From assembly GCF_964355755.1 (NCBI RefSeq), contig NC_092670.1, positions 15,052,795 to 15,116,794 of the forward strand: DNA of 64,000 nt, read 5' to 3'. This DNA is from Antedon mediterranea. Taxonomy: Eukaryota; Animalia; Echinodermata. Of this stretch, positions 11,701 to 26,700 are shown piece after piece (the stretch's first letter is position 1; each line of letters begins with the position of its first letter). The position numbers and the translations under genes are program-made. Below the pieces are notes generated by a model. It was not told the DNA's origin. It saw only the letters and a list, made by a program, of their open reading frames with translations, and did not search any database.

Positions 11701-14700
11701 ACGCACGACGCACACAACACACACAAGAGTATACTGGTTTATTTATTTACCCTCTGCTGCACAGCCAAGCATATCAAATTGTAGACTTGGATACTCTCCA
11801 ATGAAATCATTAACTTCGATCCTCAGACTTAACAAAGGTCCAATTGGTTCATCAAACTCAACCACAAATATGCCGGTTGGATCTTCTTCATCCAGAACAG
11901 TGAATGCCTGAAATTAAAAATAAGGTTATTATTATTATTATTATGCTTGTTAAGTTATTCTGAACCAAATAAATATTTACATCCATAGTCAAATATTATA
12001 TTTATCATACCATTGAACAACTAGAAGTTTGTGTCCAGTTCATTGTCTGCAAAATTATCATTAGAACCTGATCTAATGATTTTTTTAATGTTTTTTTATC
12101 GGTTCTATTTAGTTTTCCAGTATAGGCTTACGTTTGATGTTTTGCATTTTTTATAACTGTGTTAATTAATTGTTATATTTTCTAATAAGAATTTCAACTG
12201 TGTCTATATTGAATAAATAAAAAAAAATATATTAGTGCAGTATGTCCTTTGTAAATCCTTTGTAATGCTTATTATGTGTTTTACCTCATTACCGCAACTA
12301 GATTAGAATGTTGCATGTATAAAGTTGCCATGGAGATAGTTTGATAAAATACAATATTCTACAGGAGGATGTAGTTTTAAAAAAAACCAGATGTAGACAT
12401 ACATTTTTTGCTTTTGGAGTATGCAATACAGTTTAGAAATTAATAATACAGTACATGGATATCAGCATCATATGTACTATATCCAAGAACTTATAACAGA
12501 AGAATCTCCTGTTCGTCCGAAGCGCGTAACAATTTCGAAAGGCATTGTGGGATACAATAGAGCTATGGGTGGCGCCATTGTGAGCCATGGAGTAGGGCGC
12601 CCGCATCAAATTAGAAAGTCAAAATCATAGAGGGGATCTGCTAATGCTCTAGGGGGGATAGAGTAATTGACTGAGGAGTAGGGCGCCCGCATCAAATTAG
12701 AAAGTCAAAATCATAGAGGGAATCTGCTAATACTCTAGGGGGGTAGAGTAATTGACTTGCTAGTTTGGAGGGGGCGCCGCTCCATGCTGTGAAATGGCGT
12801 CGCCCAGTTTGACCTTTCAACCCTGTACTTCCGATACTGTGTTTTGAATGCAAATTGAAGAACAGGAGATTCTTGTGTTATAAGTTCTTTGACTATATGT
12901 ATAAGTAGTGTATGAACAAATATAGAATGAAATGTATAATAAAATGTATAAGACAATTCAATTCAATTGAATGACAAATGTTATTTTCAGATTCATTGAG
13001 GTCATTACTCCTTATATAGATGGTTTGCGTTGCCAAAAATTGTTACTCCTGATATGTTTGGCCAATGCTAAAAAAAGTTTCTTTTTAAATGTATATTGTA
13101 TATATACATTGTGTTGCTGACATTGAAATACAGTAGTATGGTAAAATTAAACTTTTGCATTGGTTTAGAGATCATGAAAAAAATGATTCAACTACATCTA
13201 TTTCAGTAAACTACAGATTTTTTTACCAGAATTACTTATGTGTTTTTCAATGTTATTGAGTTAATCACTGCAAAAAAAGTTAAAAGTGATATCAAATAAT
13301 AAACCATAGAAACTGCACTGATAATTTTGACATGGTCACTAATGCTTTGTCTACACTATCAAACTTTATGTGAAAAAAAATTTTATTTGCCCATATATGG
13401 ACATGATGATGTCATATCACCACCTTATTTGAGCATATCACTACCATATTTGGGCACGTCACACTTTTTTGGGTCAAACTAGTTTGATAGTGTAGACAGA
13501 GCTTTAGTCTGCATTTTCCACAACTTCAACAATTTCTTTTAATTTATTAGTAATGAAATCAATACTTTCATACAATACTTACACCATGATCTGAAGCCTC
13601 TTCTGATTCATACAGACTGGAAATGGAAACACGGCGGGCAGAATTTTCACTGCTACCGCGGAAACGGAGACCTGAAACTAAAACTGGCTCACTGAAGGTA
13701 ACCTTGGCCCAGACGTTTTCGTTGCTTGCTGGATGGAATGAGTTAGGACTGTTAAGGTAGGTATCACCACTAGTAGTAAAACTGTTTGTTCTACCAGATT
13801 CAAAGTCATCCAAAATTCGATCACAAACCTCTTCTGTAATTGCAAAAAAATAAATTTAATTATGTACCGTAATTATGCTCTGTTAAAATAAAAAAAATAA
13901 GTGTTAACTGTCTTGCTACATCTTTTATTAGCAGTCTAGAGACTTTTTTTGTAAACATCCCATTTAACAATTCTCCAGATTTGATTTACTTATGAATGAC
14001 CATGGCATTTTGTCCATTATTAATAATAATATTTTTATTTAGTAACAGAAAATAATTCATTCACCAAAAACATTTTCTGAGACTGTTTCATGTCAACAAA
14101 AATCACAAGAGTTTTTAGGGACTATGTCAAAGTTATTCTCTTATTATTCTACATATTTACTGCAATAAAGTTTGATGAAGCATTCACTCTAATAAACAGT
14201 GTGTATGTTTGTTCAAAAAAAGTTTGCGCAAATAATTTAAAGAGTAAACAAAATGATAGTACTGTAGTATAATAACTTTGAAATGGTCCCTAACTCAATA
14301 TAGTATCAAAGTCTTACCAGTTGTGAGACTGACAGTACTAAAAGTCGTCGTCTCAGTGGTAGTTGAACCTTCGGTTGTTGTACTTCTGTGAATAGTTGTT
14401 GTAGGTGATGACGTTGTGGATGTTACTGGTGGTGGTGGTCTCGGTTCAGTTGTTGGTGATGTTGGTTCCTCGGTCGTTGGTTGTTCTGTTGTCGGTTCCT
14501 CTGTTGTAGGTTGTTCTGTTGTCGGTTCCTCTGTTGTAGGCTGTTCTGTTGTAGGTTCCTCTGTTGTTGGTTGTTCTGTTGTCGGTTCCTCTGTTGTAGG
14601 TTGTTCTGTTGTCGGTTCCTCTGTTGTAGGCTGTTCTGTTGTAGGTTCCTCTGTTGTTGGTTGTTCTGTTGTCGGTTCCTCTGTTGTAGGCTGTTCTGTT

Positions 14701-17700
14701 GTCGGTTCCTCTGTTGTTGGTTGTTCTGTTGTCGGTTCCTCTGTTGTTGGTTGTTCTGTTGTCGGTTCCTCTGTTGTTGGTTGTTCTGTTGTTGGTTGTT
14801 CTGTTGTCGTTTCCTCTGTTGTTGGTTGTTCTGTTGTCGGTTCCTCTGTTGTTGGTTGTTCTGTTGTCGGTTCCTCTGTTGTTGGTTGTTCTGTTGTCGG
14901 TTCCTCTGTTGTTGGTTGTTCTGTTGTCGGTTCCTCTGTTGTTGGTTGTTCTGTTGTCGGTTCCTCTGTTGTTGGTTGTTCTGTTGTTGTTTGTTCTGTT
15001 GTCGGTTCCTCTGTTGTTGGTTGTTCTGTTGTCGGTTCCTCTGTTGTTGGTTGTTCTGTTGTCGGTTCCTCAGTTGTTGGTTGTTCTGTTGTTGGTTCTG
15101 ATGTTGTGGTTATTATAGTTGTTGTTTCTACCATTGTTGTCTCTGTTGTAGAAAGTGTTGTGGTAACAGTAGTTGGTGATGGTGTACTTGACTCTGTTGT
15201 TGTACTAATATGAGGAACTGGAGTTGTTGTACTAACATAAGGAGTTGTTGTAGCAATAACTGTTGTAGTAACGGTTGTTGTTTCAATTGGAGTAGTAGTC
15301 TGTGTGCGCACAGTAGTAGATGTGGTTGTTTGGTCGGTACACTCACAACAACTATTATCTTGTGCTACTAAAACTTGGTCTCTCTGTAAACACAATGAAT
15401 GCACATAAAATTAAGAAGAAAAATCTTAAAGTGATCTTGTAAAGTGGTCTATGTCTATACCTAAACATAGTCTAAGTCATAGTTAAGTGATCAATGAATC
15501 ATAGTTAAGTGATTAATGAGTTTTAAGTGATTAATGAGTCAGAGTAAAGTGATCAATGACTCTAACATGAGTAACAAATCATTAAGAAGAAACTACTACT
15601 GTAAAAAACTGCATACCGCACTGCATATTGCCTCTGTAAGCCTACAAGATTGAACACATTCTGTTTGGCCATTTATACATGTACACTGCTCACAATCTCC
15701 CATCCAGAACGTTTGGTCATTCTAAAAAAAAAAAAAAAAACAAAACACCAAGTCATTTTAACTCATATACAGTATAACCTCCCACATTAATGGAACACTT
15801 CCCTGTGAAATGAATGAGGGCAATAGGGTTTACACTACAGTCAGGGGACTCTTACTCTTACTTACTTTGAAAAGTGGACCTTGATTGTATTATAGCATTG
15901 TCTTGTATTTGTAATGTATTTTAAATTCTAAAACGATTCTTTCACATTAACATATATATATATTCATCTGGATAGACCATAGAAATCAGGTATAGACCAA
16001 TTTAATAGCATAAAATATAAGGAATTACATCTTTACAGATGTAATATCTCAAACTACCTGTATATTATTTGTGTATAAGTAAGCAGGATAAACTGTGAAG
16101 AAATTATTTATTGTCATAAATTACTAGTGTCAGTGTGGGTCAAATACTAAATATAGGGAGCTTTTAATTAGCAACAATTGACGACATATGACCTACAGAT
16201 TGACTCCCTCAGTATGCACACAATGAATTAACATGACCTAAAAATGAATTCCTAAATCGTCGCAAATTGAAAGCTCTATATTGCAAAACAGAAAAAAATA
16301 CCTCATATTGTATTCCATTGTATTGACAAAGACAGTCACGTTGTGGTATACATAAACTAGTGTTAAAAATATCATCACGATAATAACCATCCTCACATAG
16401 GCATGATAAGCACATAGTGTTGCGTTCACATTGCATTTCACCTAGGTTTCCAGACGCCAATTCATTACAGCTTATTTCACAATTACACACTGAGCTGCAG
16501 ACTATAAATGAAAAAAATAAATAATGTGAAACGAGCAATTTTAAGATAAAAACTAAAAGTGTGAGTTTGCGTACATAGATCAGGTGACTATTAATTGTGT
16601 ACATAATTTAATGAAGTCTTTAGTATTTTTGACATTCTTACTAAAAGACAAGGGCCATACTGACAAACAGACTAAGATAATGATATAACCTCCGTGGCAG
16701 AGGTAAATATGGAATGCTCCTTCTTTGCTATCTGCCTAAAAGTAAAAAGGGTCATTAGTGCTCTATTTTTTGCCATATATAAATATATATATATAAATAG
16801 TAGTTTAAGCTTGATTAGCTTACCATATTCAGTTACTTCCACTGTTGTCACTACTGTAGCTGTAATAAATAAAATCACATTGATTTCAATAATTATGAAA
16901 ACTCAAAAAATTGAATTGCTTAAATAAAAATTTGTAAAAAAAATTGATTAACATTGGTTTATTCTTTGAATGAAGTTATCAAAAGAGGCTAATAGTTTAC
17001 AAATAAAAGGTGTTTCTGAAATAGTTTAAATATAATATTTCAGGCACCTCTGAACCATTTCGCTTACTATTACCACTCATCCTGTGTAAATTAGCCTTAT
17101 AGTTAACAAAGAAACTCTCAAGGCCAAAGTATATTTGTATAATCATATTAATTACATTAAATTACAGGTATTAGATTTAAAAAAATGTACTTACGTGTGG
17201 TGTGAAAGGGAGGTAGCGTAACGCAATTTACATCACTATGTTCCCATCTATTGACAAAGTTATTTTGAGCTGCACATGTAAGAAGGTGGCAACCAATTTG
17301 TACTGTTTCACCAAGCTATATCAATTTTAAAGGTATGTGTTAGAGAGAAAAATAATGCAAAGAATATTTAAATTAAATTTTTAAACTGGTCAATATTTAC
17401 AGATACATTTAAAACTGGGTAAATTAAAATTTAAAAGTAAACATTTTAAACGTTATTTTGAAATAATATTTGATATCTATTTTTACCTAATATAGATACT
17501 GAAATTAGAGATCACAGGGGCGCTCAGATAGATAGATTAAGTACATGAGTCACAGCTTTTGTTAAATGCTTTTGGAAATGATACTCTCATACATCAAATT
17601 AATTATTAATGGAACCTGGCAGGAAATGACACCCATAATCGTATGTAGAGAACTTTTGAACATACTTTTTCAACCGGTAATAACAACACATGACTATCTA

Positions 17701-20700
17701 TAACGCGTTGCGCAACTTATTGTTTTGGGTTGCAAAATAAATTTAAAGGGTGGGGAAATTGTTTCTAATTTTATCACATATACACACTTATAACAATTTC
17801 TGGCGCGTGTTGATGCTTTTATAGTGCGCACACATAATAAGGAATGGACGGAACAGTGGGCGTTGTTAATTGCAAGTGGAGAATACCTCTTTACGTCGTA
17901 GACAAAATATTTTTCAAGTAGCGAGTATTATTTGTATGAATTGAACATTCCTGATTGGTTGTGAATTCATTTATTATTACGGTAATTTATTCAGTGGATG
18001 AAAATATGCATGCGCATATGACTGATATTTCAATTTTTGTGTGAATTAAGTCGATTGGTCTAAAACAGGCTTTTCAAATGTTTAGACCTGATTATCTGGG
18101 CTTGTTTGTGAATGCTTCTGATTGCAAAACAGAAAAGGTCATCATGATTTTTCGTCTTCATATACCTATGTAACACATTTGATTTAGGGTTGTAAAAATC
18201 CCCATGATTTAGATTCGGGGTCGAGGTCAAAAAAGGTTGCGGAGGGAAAAGAAAACAAAATATCTCTCAGGTCCATTTTATTGTCACCACAGATTAACTG
18301 AATCATCAATACTACTATTGGGTGATCATACCACTATTGGGTGATCATACCAGTACCTTTATGATGATTTTAAGATCATTTTTTTGGGAAAAAAAGCTCA
18401 TGCTGTGGTAAAGGGTCGTCTTTCACACCTGTTCCAGCACAGTTCCACCCGGTGTGAAAGACCCTTAAAAGAGGTTAATTCGAAAGGTAAGCAAGGTTTA
18501 AGTATTTTGGATATCTAAAGGAAGCGTATACAAAATGAGGAGCTTGGAAACAGTTTTGGCCTGAGGATGAGAAGGTTTCCCCAAGTGACCTGAATATATG
18601 ATTGTACATGTTAAAATGACTCTACTGCAGTATCTACAATTTGTTTACTCCTTAATTTTCTTTAAATTTTTTTTTGGTAATCATACACAATGTTTCATGA
18701 CATGACATGATTCCTAATTAGTTGCATTTTTGTATACTTTTATGCACAAGATTTTCATTAAAGCAAGAATCATCAATTTGATAGTTTTAATGATTCTGAA
18801 TTAATTGTTAAAAAAGAGTTGATCTATATGCAAACTTACCAAATGTACAACATTATTAAATTCACATTGCACTCGACAAGAGTCCTCTGGTGGATAAGAT
18901 AAACACATTCCACTAAGCCACAATTCATCCTCTGCAAATCCATATGGACAACCACATTCTCCTTGTGATCGTTCACTGAGGCATTGTATCTTAATCCCGT
19001 TCGGAATTGGTGCTCTATCTAGACTGTCAATCATTCGATACTGCCTACAGTTCAGTACATAATTACAGTGAAGGCATGCTGCAGAAAATGTTTATAAAAT
19101 AAATAATTGTACCAAACAATATTAACAGGTTTCGTTCATGTATTCAGGCAAAAATGTACAACATATGAAATACATTTACAACATATAAAATAAGTAAAAC
19201 AAACAAGATAAGGTTCAATCATATTCACTAGCTGCCAGGAAAGTACAAAAGCAGCATATTAAAGCCACTGTTGCCAAATAGGTGTGTACGTTATACTATG
19301 GCTACAAATCAGTCTATGATAATAACATTGAAATTGCTGCCGTATCAGCAACTTGGTTTTCTGATGAAAGACACCTTGTAGCATTCAACATTGATGGATT
19401 TGTTTTTTTTATAAAAACCCAAAAAAAGGCGGCGTTGCGCTGTATGTTAGATAGAATCTAAACGCAATGATTTACAATACCACAGTGCCTAAAAATATGG
19501 AAATACTTTGGAATAAATGAAGACCATACAATATCATGCATGCTTTTTACTATATTGTAATTGCCCCCTGATGACCAGGTGGGACATTTACTTAAACTCA
19601 CAGCATCCCAACATGGCAGTCACCATACTTGGTGACTTTAACCATCTTGATATACTACTTCATATCAACTACTACAAGGAAATGGCCTCTAACAGATTGT
19701 TCATTTTCCAACGCAGGAGGATATTAGTCTCGAAAAAAAGTGTAACTAACAGCATACTCACCTATTGGTCTAGTGACCATAACTCAATAATTTGGAAACC
19801 TAAGATACAAGCCAACCAAATATTACAACCAGGAAAAAGATCAGACCCTTAAAGGAATCAAGCATACATGAATTCGGATCCTTGATCATTCATGACAGAT
19901 TCATGAAAGATTGGAAAGTTGTATCGGAATCTATTGGCATCCACACTAAGGGTGACATATTTTACCTAATTACTCGCCAAATCAATTAACTCACATTTCC
20001 CGGAAAAAACTGTGGAACGATTTATGAAGGATAAACCGTGGATGACACAAAAAATTAAGAAATCAATAAAGAAAAGACACATAGCATTTCGGTCTCAAAA
20101 CAAAGAAAGCATGGTAGTTTTTTATTCAATATTTTGTAGACAGGAAAATTAAAATGGTTTTTCCTGGTGAAAACCATGACATTTGAGATTTTTCAAGATT
20201 CAAAGTCAAACATATTATTTGAAGTATTAATAAAGAAAATGTTATGGATGGAAGTTAATACATTTCTACATTAAAACAAACTAAAACCATACGTTAAAAA
20301 AGGAGTTACTGTAGTAAAAAAATGTTCTTACGTGGTAATGGTGTTGTGGATGGTGGCGTATTTTCATTCACACAATGACAACACCCATCTTCTTCACGGT
20401 ACAATACTTCACCCCCCTAAATACATAAACAATCAGGATTTTCTTAAAGATAACAATAATGAATAATATACGAGTTCCTGTATAGCACCGAATTGTTTAT
20501 GGTGCTGTGGATGTTACAATTTTCAACTACATGCTTCTCCTCTAAGGGTCATGTCATGTCAGTGCAGTCACTTTAAGGCACTCTCTCATCTGTCAACGAC
20601 ACAGTGTCTGTGTCTGAACTAGTACATGGTAACCCAATACTCATCTCGAATTATGTTCTTATAGGTTCTCTTTAAAGTGCACATTCGAGCAATATGTGTA

Positions 20701-23700
20701 CTACAGTGGACCTACGGTTTAAAGTCCTTATCCGAAAAGACTTGTTCTGCCACCAGAACAATGGAGCGAGTGAGACTCAAACCATTTGGCTACTCACTCA
20801 TAAAAATACATTAAAAATGGATACAAATTTTAAGTACAATAAAACAATAAACATGAGAATGCGAAAAAAAGACTTTTACCGAGAAAATGATTGAGTTAAT
20901 TTATAACGCCTGAAAAAATGAATGTTCTGATTTATGTGGTTCTTCATAATTTGTTATATTTATATCTGTTTAATATTTCTATATATTTATGGATTGCCAT
21001 TTTGAATCCCTGCTCTGTTTGCATTATAAGCTGTTGCTGAGTTGATTTCTAGTAGTTTAATATGGTCGAACATATTATCTTTAAATTTATATCATAATAT
21101 AATTACATATAGTACAAATATTAAGTAACTTTACCGGACAATCAGCCTCGTTCAAATTGCATCCAGTGTCACAGTTTTCCCAATCAAAATCATATGTACC
21201 ATTCAGCCATGCACAGTTACATGATTGACAATCTGATATGTCAACACGTTGACCAGCCTAGAAAATAAAGTTTTTATAGATAGAATTAAATTTTTCATTT
21301 CATTTCATTTATTTTGCATCTCATCATAGCATAGGATAAATACATCAACAAAAACAAAATAAAAAGGTGGATTTTATGAATAATATTAATATTCAATTTA
21401 TTCTGGATTTCACATGGGGGAAACAAATTCAATCACTTTAGAGGAGACGTTCCAGCAAGCAATTACATAAAATTACATAATTTAAAATAAGTAAAATAGA
21501 TTGATGAAAACCATAAATCAATTACATCAAAATCATTACAAATTAATGTTTTTTTGTAGATTATTTTACTTTTAGTTAACAGAAAAATTTAATACGCCTA
21601 TGTCCTGTACACAAAATTTGTATTTCAATTCTCCAACAGAAATCATGAATAATGAGGTTAAATATTTATGAGCGGCCATTAGGGCCCATAATAGTAAAAA
21701 ATTAAAGCAAAGAATAATGTAAAAAAACGTTTTCAAAAATCAACAAACAAACTAAAAAAACTACAAAGGAAAATAAAAATAAACAAAGAAATATAGAAAA
21801 CAAAGAACTAAAACATATTCTCATAAGAGAATAAGCAAAAAACAATGAACAATTTGGCAAATCCAATGACAATTTGTAAAATTAAAGGACAAGTCGAACA
21901 ATCAAAGAACAAGCTCAACAATCAAATGACTAACTAATTTTCGACGTTTGAGTGCAGTATTCATGACATGCGAGCAGAGGCATTGAAAGAGTTCTGACAT
22001 TGAATGGATTAGACTAATTGTGTTAAAAATATATAACATTCAAAAGGCTTTAATTATCAAATTTAATATCAAAACAATCAATTTGCTAAAATCATGTTTG
22101 CAGTATTGTAACTGTATAATTTCATTGTTATCTTAACAAAAACCTTTTAGCAAATTGATTGGTTGATATTAAATTTGTTAGATAGCAGTGAAATTAGCAT
22201 TTACCCAGTTTTTATTGTGCAATAACTGCTTGACACAGGTGTTTCACATTCCAAAAATTATGTTTAGGAATGCACCAACATCTGTGTCAAACTACCACTA
22301 TACTGCAATCATTAACTAAAATCTTCATAAATGAAAAGATGTTAGACTTTAAAAAGATTCTTCATCTTTTCTTTTAAAAAGGGTGATGTAAACCAGTAGA
22401 GAATGGCAAAAGGACTAAACACTGATCTCTATAATAATGGCAACATGATTTTGAGGAAAATTTATGAAAAAGTGCAAAAAATCGATTTCCTGTGTTTCTA
22501 AAAAATATGACATCCAATGAAAACTGAAATGAAAGCCAATGGAAACTTTTTCTGTGCAAGGATTAATTGGCTCGTCCTGAATCTGAATTTTGCACTTTAT
22601 TTTATTATTACATTACATATACATTACGTATTATACCATTATACTGTAAAACCTGGAAAAGCAGCCAATGGGCTTTTTAGTACTCTTTTCAAGATGGGCT
22701 GAATGATTCATGATTTCTGCCTCGGAGTTTTATTTCAATTTCAACATGGTTTACATGAATAACTATTAAGTGACAAAAAAACATTTTTTCTGTGCACAAT
22801 ATATCCTTATTATGTTTGCAAATAAGAAGAATGAAGAATAAATGATTGAATTACTTACGGAAAATTGGTGTGCATTGTGATAACAATGTGGTGGAGGACA
22901 CGGCCCGATATTGACACAAAAGCCGGAACCAGGAACAAATTGGATGTCATCATAGCTTTCACGAAGGTCTGTGTTACCAGGCAAATCTTTAATGTACCCA
23001 GACGGGCATTGACAATCTCTGCACATTAATGTTCGCTCAAAAAGCCTACTACCTGCCTCTAGATTTTGTACGGCTTCACAGTTCACTGTTCTGATACAGT
23101 CCTCAGAACATTCTACAATGAATGAAGTTATTCTGTTATACATCATAAACTTAGTAAACAATCTTCTCATGTTATGACTCTGTATCACACTTCATTTTTT
23201 TATGCAAAAAACTACTTCTATTTTTAAATTATGACATTTGTCTAGATATCTATTACCACTAAATTTCTTTTTTTTTTTTCAAAATGGTCAGTCTGATTCC
23301 CTACCAATAAATTGCAATGATAAAATTATATTGCTAACTTTATACCTCGTTGTTCAGTTGTTGTAGGTTCAGTTGGATAGGTAACTGCTGTTGGTGTAGG
23401 CGTTGTTGTTGCTGGTTAAAAAAAATGAAAAAAAAAAATTAAAACGTATAAGTCTGATTTAAGAACCACACCCTGCTAAATGTGATTGAATAAACTTGAT
23501 TGGCTTTTACCATTTTTCTTAATGTGTAAAAGTAAAAACAAAAAACAATTTTTTAATTCATATGATAGATAACTTAAAAATGTGTTCTTCACAAAATAAA
23601 TTGCTATTTTAGAGTGTTTTTTTTTAAAACCAACTTTGGACCTCTCTATAATTGACGTGGATCATTATAGGCAGATAGTGTTTGATAGTGATGTAATTAG

Positions 23701-26700
23701 TAGAGAAGTGATAGTGATGTAATTAGTAGAAAAGTGATAGAGAAAGGAATAAAGGTGCCACCTTAATAGGGGTTCAACTGTATTGAAGTCCATAACGTAT
23801 GTTCAACATTGTTAACCATAATGTTATCTGACTATAGTTTTCTTGTTTTATGAAAATAAAACACATACCTGGTACTGTTGTTGTTGTGACGATCTGGGTG
23901 GTAGATGGACAATTTTCAACAATTAAACAACGTCCAGTAGATATTTGCATGTCTCCAGCACCACAATTACATAATTGATCACAACGATCCATTCGTGTAC
24001 ATGGTTGAGAATTACCACATCCCATTGTACAGTAGCAATGTGGCAGACATTCTAAAAAATCAAATATGATTCAACACAGAATAATTTGCAAAAATAAAAA
24101 CAGAACAGTAATATGATGATAAATTATAATAATTAATTGAATATGTTTATATTTTTAGGAAGTATACACAAAATTATACAACATGAGAAAAGTAATTAGT
24201 AACAAATAATTGTTATTGTCACTTTGTAAAATTTTCATTGTACAAAGAAAATTGTCGTCATACAGTAACAATGGTAATCAACTAACCTGGCATAGTTGTA
24301 GTGGGTTCTAAAGTTGTTTCTGGTTGTTCAGTTGTATAAGATGGAGTGCCTGTAGTACCAGTGTACTCTGGTGAAGACGTAGTTGATTCCGGTGGTGATG
24401 TAGTTGATTCTGGTGGGCTTGGAACTAGAAAAAAAACCAATCAAGATATTAATTTGCTATTAAACATAGTTACAGTAATTGATTTAAACAATTATTGTAG
24501 TAGAGTAGTTAAAATTATATATACATTTTTTGCCCTATTTTTAGATGCACATTTTATGTACTAACAAAATATTTGTGTTTACTGTACCAACCAAAACATT
24601 GATACATTCAAGATTCAAGAACAATTTTATATTATTGGTTGGATAATAAATGTTTGACAAAAATTAATAATGAAGCTTCAGGTTTCACTTATACTCTTAT
24701 GATAACTGTGTTTACTTAAGTAAAAATATTGTTAAATTCCAGTCAAAGTCGACATAAACTTACTTAGATCTAACTAAAAAAAAAATTTAAGTCATGATAC
24801 TTACTGCAATAACAGCAGATATTATCTCCATTCACCATGGTTTCATTCTATTTAAAAAAAAAGTTTTGGCTCAAAATGTTTTTACTTTATTTTTAAATCC
24901 AACCATCTGGATTTAAATGTGTATTTAAAGCTCTTTGATTACAATTATACTGCATGACCATAAAAAAAAAACAATGTGTAAAGAATATTGTCATAATAAA
25001 TAATCTTTAAATTTAACTTGAACGTAAATTCACACCAAAAGCAAACTCTGGAGACACTCCGGAAGTTGACGACCCGGTGTTTTGGTGTGAAAGGTAAAAT
25101 CAAGGAACTCCGCAGATTAAAACTGCGGGGTTGAACAGCTGAACATTCTCCGGAGAGGGAACTGCGGGGACACCCCGGAGTTTTGGTGTGAAAGGTACCC
25201 ACATCAAACTCCGGATCACTCATTGCTTTAGTATTATTTCAAAATACTTTAAATATCTGTTAAAAATATATAGCGGGCCTAGAAAATAATAAGTAGTATC
25301 AATAAAACATTATATCACTTCTGAGACTTTTGAAAATTATTATTAAATTAAAAATATTATCAATTAAAATGATTCTAATGATCGTCGCTATGTAAACAAA
25401 CAAATAGAGGGCGACTTTACAATTTTATTTGATAAACCTCGGTGTTGCTAGTTTGGTTTCTCTATATTTTGTATGGTCAAAAACCCCGGAGTGTCTCCAG
25501 AGATCACTCCAGAGTTTGGTGTGAAAGGGATATTTATATAACTGTGTTAATAAATACATCAAGAAAATAGCATTACCTCAGCACATGTTTCGTCGCAGTA
25601 GCTCTGACAGTTACTGTCATATTCACCGGTCTCTTCATTACACTGGCATACATCACATGTTGCTGTGTACCGTCTTAATGAATCTTGCTGTAGTTGAAAA
25701 ATTTGCAGTTGGTTAAATTCTGTCCTTGTTTTGAACCATGTCAAAATTACTTTACTACAAGTTTTTAATTTTTAAAACTCTTTAACCTGTTTATGCAATA
25801 CTTAGTAATCTTGTTTTGGAATAATCATACACACAATTTATTGCAGTGACCGACTCACAATCGTGTACATTGAAAAACACTAAAATCACATTATACTGCA
25901 GTAAAAATGTAGTTACTGCATTATAAGAATTTTGAGATGGTCCCTTACAAGTATGCCCCTACCCTCGCATCTAAAAATGTATCCATCACAGAACTACAAA
26001 GTATATATTCTCTTATTGTATATTTGTATCTATTTGATTTTATAAGTGCCAGACATAATATTGAATTGTTGTTTTATGCTCGATATTCTGATTCTCTAAT
26101 GAGAATTGTTTCTTACTCATACTTTTTAACTGATTATTTCTGGGCTTGTGTATGCACAAGTAAAATATAAATGTTACCGTGCAATTAGTTGAAACAGTAG
26201 TAGATAATATGGTAGTTGTCACTACAGTTGTTGTTGGATTGCAATCTGGCATTGCTACACAATTCCAGTTAGCCCTGACAACAGTGTCTGATTCAGTTAT
26301 CAACCCACATGTACAGGTCTCACAAGCTACAACCATAGGTTGATCAACCTAATTACAAAAAGAAAATTATGGTTATTCAGTGGCATGAAGTCATAAGCAA
26401 AATACAAAAATGAAGTTTCTTTCAAGCATAGTACAAAAAAACATATATGTGGGTTATACATTTCAGAAACATGCCGAACGTTTTGTAATTTTTTTTTGTA
26501 GTTTATATCAGCTGCTGCTTTTACGGATATTTTTGAGAGCTTTTCCAACTTTTGCAAGTCCTTGATTGACACCGAAGTGTTTAAGATGATGTCGTAAATA
26601 ATGTTGCCGAACTTTTGACAGTATAATAAAATTAAAATAAATTATGTATATGTATATAATATTATAATTGCACTAAGCAAAAATTTGTTCCTCTATCTCC

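Noticed and set aside
14416-15213. Long plus-strand Val/Gly/Ser or Cys/Leu-rich ORFs (also 45027-45680, 48576-49219, 50504-51151, 51883-52479, 58479-58829)
   Set aside because: Antisense or alternative frames of the mucin tandem repeats; open only because the repeat unit lacks stops
17551-18407. Possible CACAG...CTGTG-ended (Transib-like) element
   Set aside because: Inverted ends are weak and no TSD is visible
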